DNA from: Candidatus Saccharimonadota bacterium
GTDB taxonomy: Bacteria > Patescibacteriota > Saccharimonadia > Saccharimonadales > Saccharimonadaceae
Assembly: GCA_017404245.1 (NCBI GenBank)
Contig: JAFRCT010000001.1
Location: forward strand, 7,054-71,053
Direction of reading: 5' to 3'
Length of the DNA: 64,000 bases
Shown: in pieces, positions 54,697 through 61,321 of the stretch
Numbering within the stretch: position 1 is the stretch's first letter
How the letters are laid out: each line of letters begins with the position of its first letter
Notes under the pieces: generated by a model
Databases searched by the model: none
Told to the model about the DNA's origin: nothing
Seen by the model: the letters and a program-made list of their open reading frames with translations, nothing else
Made by a program: the position numbers and the translations under genes

Positions 54697-56577
54697 CTAG
54701 GCCGTTGGTGCTGGGAAGCGCAAGGCGAGGGATTTGACTTCTTGCTTGATGTCAGCCAGTTCGTCGGCGGCCTCTGGAAGACGAGATTCGTCGCTCAAGC
54801 CTACACAGATGTCGATAACACGACGCATCCACAGGGCAATTTGGGCCATTTCTGGCTCGGCAAGACCACGAGTGGTGATAGCGGGCGTACCAAGGCGGAC
54901 CCCAGAGGGGCGGAAAGCGGCACCTTGGTCGGTGGGGAGGGAGTTGGCGTTGAGGTTTAGACCAACATAGTCGAGGGCTTTTTCGTAGAACTTGCCATCG
55001 ATGCCGAAACTACCTTTAACGTCAATGAGGATAAGGTGGTTTTCGGTACCTCCGCCTTGCAAGCGGAAACCTTGTTTTTGGAGTGCGGCGGCCAAAGCTT
55101 TGGCGTTCTTGACAATTTGCTTGGCATAGGTCTTGAACTCGGGACGGAGTGCTTCACCAAAAGCAACAGCTTTTGCAGCAATGATGTGTTCGAGCGGACC
55201 ACCTTGGGTGCCAGGAAAAACGGCACGATCAATTAGAATGGGGATGTTTTTTAGTGAGTACTCGGGCTTTTTGAGCGGAGAAGCAACATTGCCCTTGCTT
55301 AAGATAAGTCCGCCACGTGGCCCGCGCAGGGTTTTGTGAGTAGTGGTGGTCATGACGTGAAAGCCGTGGTCGAGAGGATTGGGATGAACGCCACCCGCAA
55401 TTAGGCCAGCCACATGCGCCATGTCGGCCATAAGAAGGCAATCGGGGATTTTTTTGGCAATTTTGGCTACGCGGTCAAAGTTTGGGATTTTCATGAATGC
55501 AGAATAGCCCACGAGGATAATTTTTGGGTGTTCGGCAAGAGCCACACGCTCTAGCTCGGCGTAGTCGATGTCGCCAGAAGAATCTACGCCATAGGCAACG
55601 AAATTGTAGATGTTGGCGGAGCGGGTGACGGGCGAGCCATGAGTGAGATGTCCGCCAGCTGGCAGGGACATGGCTAAAATGGTATCGCCAGGGCGGCACC
55701 ATGCCCAATAGACAGCTTCGTTGGCATTGGCGCCAGAATGAGGCTGGACGTTGGCGTGGTCGGCATGAAAAAGGCGACAGGCGCGCGAAATGGCTAGGCG
55801 CTCGATACGGTCGATGTTTTCTTGGCCGCCATAGTAACGATAGTTGGGCAAAATCTCCGCCTGGAGCTTGTCTTCTTGCCAAAACTCACCGTCTTTGCCA
55901 ACGCCGATAAAACTTGGGTAGCCTTCGGAATATTTGTTGGTAAGGACGGAGCCTGCTGCGCGCATGACCTCGGGCGAAACATAATTTTCGCTAGGGATAA
56001 GCTCTAGGCCTTCCTTTTGGCGGGTCTCTTCTGATTTGATTAGTGTAAAAACTGGGTCCATGGAAGGCTCCTTTCTTATGTATTTATTGATAGCAAAATT
56101 GGGGCAGTTTGCCCCTGTTTTTGGCGATTTTGAAGCGGAGTTTTTTCGGAAGTTTGATGCGCGCTCAAAACTTTGGCGAAAACTGGGGAAAAAGGCGTCT
56201 GCGGAGGGGCAGGAAGCATCTACTTCGGTGAGATAAAGCGTGGCTGCGTGAGGCAACATTTGGGCGTAAACGCTGGCGCCGCCTATAACAAAAACCTCTT
56301 CGGGGCTAGACTTGTACTTTGAAATAAAATCTGACAGATTGGTGATTTGATGGACACCAGCAGGGAGATTGAGAGATTTTCTGGACAGTACGAAATTGGT
56401 GCGGCCACGAAGGGGCTTTTCGCCGAGAGAAAGCCAAGTGTTGTAGCCCATGACTACGGAGTGACCCATGGTGGTCTTGCGGAAAAACTGCATGTCTTCT
56501 TTGAAACGAAAGATAAGCTCGTTGTCTTTTCCTAGCTCGTTGCGCTTGCCGATGCAGGCGATAATTGAAAAACTCAT
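54697..56577 (-). CDS. folA-glyA: In-frame dihydrofolate reductase (56577-56062) / serine hydroxymethyltransferase (56061-54697) fusion
   Basis: DHFR motifs IIACIG, EDMQFF, VMGYNTW, PLRGRTN, VIGGASVY. SHMT motifs LIPSENY, NVQPHSG, GGHLTHG, TTTHKTLRGPRGG, RLGTPAITTRG. No stop codon between them. Confidence 0.9.
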   Translation of the reverse strand: MSFSIIACIGKRNELGKDNELIFRFKEDMQFFRKTTMGHSVVMGYNTWLSLGEKPLRGRTNFVLSRKSLNLPAGVHQITNLSDFISKYKSSPEEVFVIGGASVYAQMLPHAATLYLTEVDASCPSADAFFPSFRQSFERASNFRKNSASKSPKTGANCPNFAINKYIRKEPSMDPVFTLIKSEETRQKEGLELIPSENYVSPEVMRAAGSVLTNKYSEGYPSFIGVGKDGEFWQEDKLQAEILPNYRYYGGQENIDRIERLAISRACRLFHADHANVQPHSGANANEAVYWAWCRPGDTILAMSLPAGGHLTHGSPVTRSANIYNFVAYGVDSSGDIDYAELERVALAEHPKIILVGYSAFMKIPNFDRVAKIAKKIPDCLLMADMAHVAGLIAGGVHPNPLDHGFHVMTTTTHKTLRGPRGGLILSKGNVASPLKKPEYSLKNIPILIDRAVFPGTQGGPLEHIIAAKAVAFGEALRPEFKTYAKQIVKNAKALAAALQKQGFRLQGGGTENHLILIDVKGSFGIDGKFYEKALDYVGLNLNANSLPTDQGAAFRPSGVRLGTPAITTRGLAEPEMAQIALWMRRVIDICVGLSDESRLPEAADELADIKQEVKSLALRFPAPTA

Positions 56578-56585
56578 CTTGGTTA

Positions 56586-57524
56586 TTACTCCGTTACGGG
56601 CATTTTGATGGTGCCCGAGTGTTGATAGTTTTCGAGACGGATGTCCTTGAGGGCTTTTGAGTTGTCGAAAGCGTAAAAGTCGGTGATGTTGGGGTTTAGC
56701 CACAGAGTGGGGGCTATGTGGGCGGGTTTTTTGAATTGCTCTTTAATGCCCGCGATTTGATTTTCGTAGATGTGGGCGTTGTTGATGACATAGGTCATTT
56801 GTCCTGGGCGCAAACCTGTGGCTTGAGCGAGCAAGTGGCAAAGCACGGCGTACTGCGTAACGTTAAATGGCATACCAAGAGGTACGTCGTTACTGCGAAC
56901 GGTAACCATAAGGTTAAGCTGGCCAGAGGTAACGTTCCATTGAGTGTTCCAGACGCAGGAAGGCAAGGCGGCGGTTTCGAGCCACTCGTTTTGCCAAAGC
57001 GACATAATAAGGCGGCGGTTGGTAGGGTCGGTTTTAAGGGCTTCGATTAGAGAACTAACGAGGTGGTAGCGGTTTACTATCCAGCCATAGGCAGTGCCGA
57101 TGGTGCCAACGGGGTTTTCTTTGATTCCCTTTTTGGCGTATAACTTGCGGAAATCTTTGCCTGCATAGAGGCCACTAGCAGGGATTTCCCATTCGTCCCA
57201 GATTTTGACGCCACGAGAGTGTAGCCAAGATACATCGTTTGAGGCAACTTGATAAATCCAGAGTATTTCCAGGACGGCGGTTTTGAAAGCAACACGTTTG
57301 GTGGTGAGGATTGGAAACTCCTCAGACAAGTCGAACTGAAGAACCTGATGCGGAAGCGAAAAGGTAGTGGTTGGGCGCTTAACCTGAGCGAGGTGGGTAG
57401 GCATGTTGGTTTGGGTGGCGCTGGAGGTGGACTGGCCAAGGACGGCTGGGTCGGTGGTAATTTTGGCGCCCTGCGTCAAAATACGGTCGCACAAGTCTAG
57501 ATATTGTTCGTCGAATTTACTCAT
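56586..57524 (-). CDS. thyA: Thymidylate synthase (B. subtilis ThyA-like subtype)
   Basis: FPILTTKRV, IWDEW, LPSCV, VRSND..LGMPFN and HIYENQ motifs. Confidence 0.95.
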   Translation of the reverse strand: MSKFDEQYLDLCDRILTQGAKITTDPAVLGQSTSSATQTNMPTHLAQVKRPTTTFSLPHQVLQFDLSEEFPILTTKRVAFKTAVLEILWIYQVASNDVSWLHSRGVKIWDEWEIPASGLYAGKDFRKLYAKKGIKENPVGTIGTAYGWIVNRYHLVSSLIEALKTDPTNRRLIMSLWQNEWLETAALPSCVWNTQWNVTSGQLNLMVTVRSNDVPLGMPFNVTQYAVLCHLLAQATGLRPGQMTYVINNAHIYENQIAGIKEQFKKPAHIAPTLWLNPNITDFYAFDNSKALKDIRLENYQHSGTIKMPVTE

Positions 57525-57556
57525 TGGTATCTCCGTTTTGAGTTTAGTATAACAAC

Positions 57557-58603
57557 TTATTTGTATTTTATCCAGAGTTTGTCGAATTTGGAAATGTCGG
57601 CGCCAACGTTTTCTATGTAGGTGCCACGCGCAAAGATTTCGTCTAGCTCGGCAGAGGGCACCGTTTCTACGGAGGAAATCGGGGAAATATAGGGATATTC
57701 GGCAACGATTTGGGCGGCGATTTCTGGTTGCATTAGGTAGTTGATGAACTGGTAGGCGTTGGCTTGGTTTTTGCTGCCCTTAACTAAGCAATAATTGTCC
57801 ATGGAAAGCGAAAAACCTTCGGTTGGATAGGTGATTTTAAGACTTGGGCGTTCGGCCTTGGCTAAAATGGCTTCAGCGTTCCAAACGAGGCCTGCGTCAA
57901 CTTCGTCGGTGATGAAAAAGGTTTTGGGCGAGTCGGAGTCGAAGGCCTTGATGTTAGGGCGGAGTAGGTCGAAAAAGGCGAGCGATTCGGACAGATGAAA
58001 ATCGTTTGTAGAGTTGGCAGAATAGCCTGCGGCGTTAAGCATGGCGCCAATGACTACTCTTTGGTCGTCGAGCATAATGATGTTGTTGGCTAGCTCGGGC
58101 CTAAGAAGGTCGCGGTAACTAGTGATGAGGTCTAATTTGCTGGCGTCGTAGGCAATAACTGTGGTGGCGAGCAAAAAGGGGTAGGAATATTGATTTTGGG
58201 GGTCGAAAGATTGGCCAAGAAAACGGGAATCAAGGTTGGCTAGTTCTGTAAGTTTGGCGGCATCTATTGGTTCAAGCAAATTGCGATGTAACATGAGGTC
58301 GACCATGTAGTCCGATGGAAAAATGAGGTCGTAAGTGCCAGGCGCGGAAGCATTAACTTTAGCAAGAAGCTCTTCGTTGGAAGAATAGGTGCCGTAATTT
58401 ACTTTTATGCCAGTTTGCTGTTCAAAATTTGTAATAACTTCGTCGGGAATGTAAGATGTCCAGTTGAGTACATTGAGATGTTCGTGTGGAGTTTCGAGCT
58501 TTTGTTTGGCTTGGCGAGCCACGATAAAAATAACTGCAAGTAAAATAATGGCAATTGCGATAGTTAGGCGCACATAAACGGTGCGGACTAGTTGGGTTTT
58601 CAT
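57557..58603 (-). CDS. potD: Spermidine/putrescine ABC transporter substrate-binding protein
   Basis: NWTSYIP, FEQQTGIKV, SNEEL and YDLIFPSDYM motifs. Confidence 0.92.
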   Translation of the reverse strand: MKTQLVRTVYVRLTIAIAIILLAVIFIVARQAKQKLETPHEHLNVLNWTSYIPDEVITNFEQQTGIKVNYGTYSSNEELLAKVNASAPGTYDLIFPSDYMVDLMLHRNLLEPIDAAKLTELANLDSRFLGQSFDPQNQYSYPFLLATTVIAYDASKLDLITSYRDLLRPELANNIIMLDDQRVVIGAMLNAAGYSANSTNDFHLSESLAFFDLLRPNIKAFDSDSPKTFFITDEVDAGLVWNAEAILAKAERPSLKITYPTEGFSLSMDNYCLVKGSKNQANAYQFINYLMQPEIAAQIVAEYPYISPISSVETVPSAELDEIFARGTYIENVGADISKFDKLWIKYK

Positions 58604-59454
58604 GAAAGTTTCTCCTCTTTATGGTTTTTGACTTTAGCGGAAATGAACAACATAATAACGGTAAACACCAGCATGAGGGTAGTAAGAGCGTTGACGTCGG
58701 GAGTGATACCCGTTTTGATGATGCTGTAAATATAGAGTGGAAGGGTGTTGGTGCCTGGGCCTGCGGCAAAATAGGAGATAACGACGTCGTCGAGGCTAAG
58801 CGTAAAGGCTAAGATGGCTCCAGAAATGATGCCTGGTTTGATAAGTGGGAGCGTAACATACCAAAAAGTTTTCCAAGGGCCTGCGCCCAAATCTTTGGCG
58901 GCTTCTTCGATGCCACGAGGAAGAGCAAACAAGGTTGAGCGGACGGATGTAATAATGAACGGCACCGAAAAGGTGATGTGCGCTAAAAGTACCGTGCTAA
59001 AGCCCAACTCAATACCAGTTAAGCTAAAAATTGCCAAAAGCGAGATGCCAAGGACGATTTCGGGGATGACGATGGGAATGTAAATTAGTTTGTCGATAAA
59101 GGTTTTGCCAAAAAATTGGAACTTGCTAAGACCTACAGCCGAGATGGTGCCGATTATGGTGGAAATTGCCGTGGAGAGTGCTGCAATGATGAGCGTATTT
59201 TTGAAGGCATCGAGGAGGGTGGCGTTTTCTAAGAGTCGAGAGTACCAATCTAGCGTAAAACCCGTAAAAATGACGTTGAGTTCGCTGGTATTAAACGAGA
59301 AAGCCACCAATATGAAGATTGGCAAAAAGAGAAAAACAAGAACCATGGCAATGTAGAAATTGCGAAAATGGTGAGGTTTTTCGGAGGGGCGAATTGAGCG
59401 ACGAGAAAACTGCGCTAGGTAGGTGTCGTAACGGCCGATGACAAGTGCTGGCAT
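58600..59454 (-). CDS. potC: Spermidine/putrescine ABC permease
   Basis: GFTLDWY, PEIVLGISLL, EEAAKDLGA and FTLSLDDVVIS motifs. Confidence 0.93.
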   Translation of the reverse strand: MPALVIGRYDTYLAQFSRRSIRPSEKPHHFRNFYIAMVLVFLFLPIFILVAFSFNTSELNVIFTGFTLDWYSRLLENATLLDAFKNTLIIAALSTAISTIIGTISAVGLSKFQFFGKTFIDKLIYIPIVIPEIVLGISLLAIFSLTGIELGFSTVLLAHITFSVPFIITSVRSTLFALPRGIEEAAKDLGAGPWKTFWYVTLPLIKPGIISGAILAFTLSLDDVVISYFAAGPGTNTLPLYIYSIIKTGITPDVNALTTLMLVFTVIMLFISAKVKNHKEEKLS

Positions 59455-60383
59455 TATCCACCCCCCAGTTCGTCAAGGTTGCCACCGATTTTTTGGTAGA
59501 GTTTGACAAGCCCAAAGGTAATGGCGAGCAGGAAAATAGAGAGGGCGGCACCAAGCGGCCAGTTGCGGGCGGTGAGAAATTGGTTTTTGATGAGGTTGCC
59601 GATAATCATGGCTTTGCCGCCGCCTAAAATATCGGCAATGAAGAAATAGCCAATAGCGGGAGTGAAAACCATAAGTGAGCCATTGAAGGCGCCTGCGAGT
59701 GTGAGCGGCAAATAAACTTTGAAGAACTTTGCAAGTTTGCCTGCGCCCAAATCTTCGGCGGCATCGAGGTAGGCTTGGTCGACCTTAGTAACGGCAGAAT
59801 AAACTGGCAGAATCATAAAGGGGAGTAAAGTGTAAACCATACCAATGATGATGCCAAGATTATTATACATGAGACTAAGCGGAGCACTGACTAAACCTCC
59901 GCCCACCAAGGCAGAGTTGATGAGGCCGTGTTTTCTGAGCAAGGTTATCCAGCCATAGGTGCGAATGAGAGAGTTGGTTAGGAACGGCACCATAACTAGG
60001 CGGATGATGAAATTTTGGGTTTTTAAGGGTTTGTCGCGCAGAAAAATTGCAAAGGGATATGCAATTAGCAAACAAATGAAAGTAGTGAGGAGTCCAATGC
60101 CTGCAGACTTGAGGAAAATAGAAAAAAAGGACGGGTCGAAAATTTCGGCGTAGTTTTGGAGGTTAAAAACGTAGGTGAAACCGCCGTAGTTATCGGATTT
60201 TAAGAAACTTAAGAAAAAAATGTAAAGGAGCGGGAGGAAAATTAGCAAAAGCGAATAAAAAATAACTGGAAGCGTAAAAACCAATTTGAACCCGCTAAAA
60301 ACGGAATTTGACGAGCGAGTTTTGGTTTTATGCTCGGACAAAACGGGGCTTGACGAGAAGGCTTGGTTATGCTTATTTGTCAT
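59454..60383 (-). CDS. potB: Spermidine/putrescine ABC permease
   Basis: IRTYGW, LPFMILP, AAEDLGA and ARNWPLGAALS motifs. Confidence 0.93.
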   Translation of the reverse strand: MTNKHNQAFSSSPVLSEHKTKTRSSNSVFSGFKLVFTLPVIFYSLLLIFLPLLYIFFLSFLKSDNYGGFTYVFNLQNYAEIFDPSFFSIFLKSAGIGLLTTFICLLIAYPFAIFLRDKPLKTQNFIIRLVMVPFLTNSLIRTYGWITLLRKHGLINSALVGGGLVSAPLSLMYNNLGIIIGMVYTLLPFMILPVYSAVTKVDQAYLDAAEDLGAGKLAKFFKVYLPLTLAGAFNGSLMVFTPAIGYFFIADILGGGKAMIIGNLIKNQFLTARNWPLGAALSIFLLAITFGLVKLYQKIGGNLDELGGG

Positions 60384-61158
60384 TTTTCTGCGAACTGGCA
60401 TAGCGGGCTAGGCGAGTTTTCTTAAAATTGATTAAATCGATGTCGGAGATAAATGACTTTACGAACTCGTTTTTGGGGTTTTGATAGATTTCTTCGGGCG
60501 TGCCTAACTGCACAATGGCACCACGGTTCATGATGGCGATGCGGTCGGACATGGTGAGAGCTTCGTCTTGGTCGTGAGTAACATAAACGAAGGTCATTTT
60601 AAGATGGCGCTGGAGTTTTTTGAGCTCGATTTGCATTTCGCGCTTGAGCTTTAAATCCAAAGAGGCTAAGCTTTCGTCTAGTAGAAGGATTTTGTGGTGC
60701 ATGACAATACCGCGAGCAATAGCCACCCTTTGTTGTTGGCCGCCAGAAAGTTGCGATGGCAAACGGTCCTCAAAGCCAGTGAGTTTGACAAGACGCAGGG
60801 CGGATTTGATGCGTTTTTCGGCCTCTGGCTTTGGGACGTGGGTCATTTTGAGGCCAAAATTGACATTTTGCCAAACGGTGAGGTGGGGAAACAAGGCGAA
60901 GTTTTGAAAAATGGTGCTAACCATGCGCTTGTTGGCAGGAACATTGGTTACGTCGACGCTGTCTAAGTAAACTTTGCCACTAGTAGCAGACTCTAGGCCA
61001 GAAATTAGGCGGAGTACAGTGGTTTTACCACAACCAGAGGGGCCAAGGAGAGTGAGAAATTCGCCATCGTAAATATCGAGCGAGAGGTTGTGAATTATAA
61101 CCTTGTCTGAAAAGGCTTTCTCGACATTTTCGAGGCGGACTAGCACCCTATTTTCCAT
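60373..61158 (-). CDS. potA: Spermidine/putrescine ABC ATPase (short, no C-terminal regulatory domain)
   Basis: GPSGCGKTT, LSGGQQQR and VTHDQDEALTMSDRI motifs; only 261 aa. Confidence 0.92.
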   Translation of the reverse strand: MENRVLVRLENVEKAFSDKVIIHNLSLDIYDGEFLTLLGPSGCGKTTVLRLISGLESATSGKVYLDSVDVTNVPANKRMVSTIFQNFALFPHLTVWQNVNFGLKMTHVPKPEAEKRIKSALRLVKLTGFEDRLPSQLSGGQQQRVAIARGIVMHHKILLLDESLASLDLKLKREMQIELKKLQRHLKMTFVYVTHDQDEALTMSDRIAIMNRGAIVQLGTPEEIYQNPKNEFVKSFISDIDLINFKKTRLARYASSQKNDK

Positions 61159-61321
61159 ATTTCTATATTAACATTAGCGCATTTTAAGTTCAAGAGGTTT
61201 GCCTTGGAAAGTGCTTAGGTTATTACTTTTATAACACAAAACGCTTAAGATTGCAAGTTTTAAGGTTTTTTGATATATATTAGGCAATATTCTTATAATT
61301 TAAGCAAATCAAGGGAATAAA

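Noticed and set aside
56101-56115. GGGGCA-GTT-TGCCCC hairpin near the DHFR-SHMT junction as a terminator or recoding signal
   Set aside because: It is a 6-bp stem inside coding sequence with no U-tract on the transcribed strand, and the fusion is already in frame.
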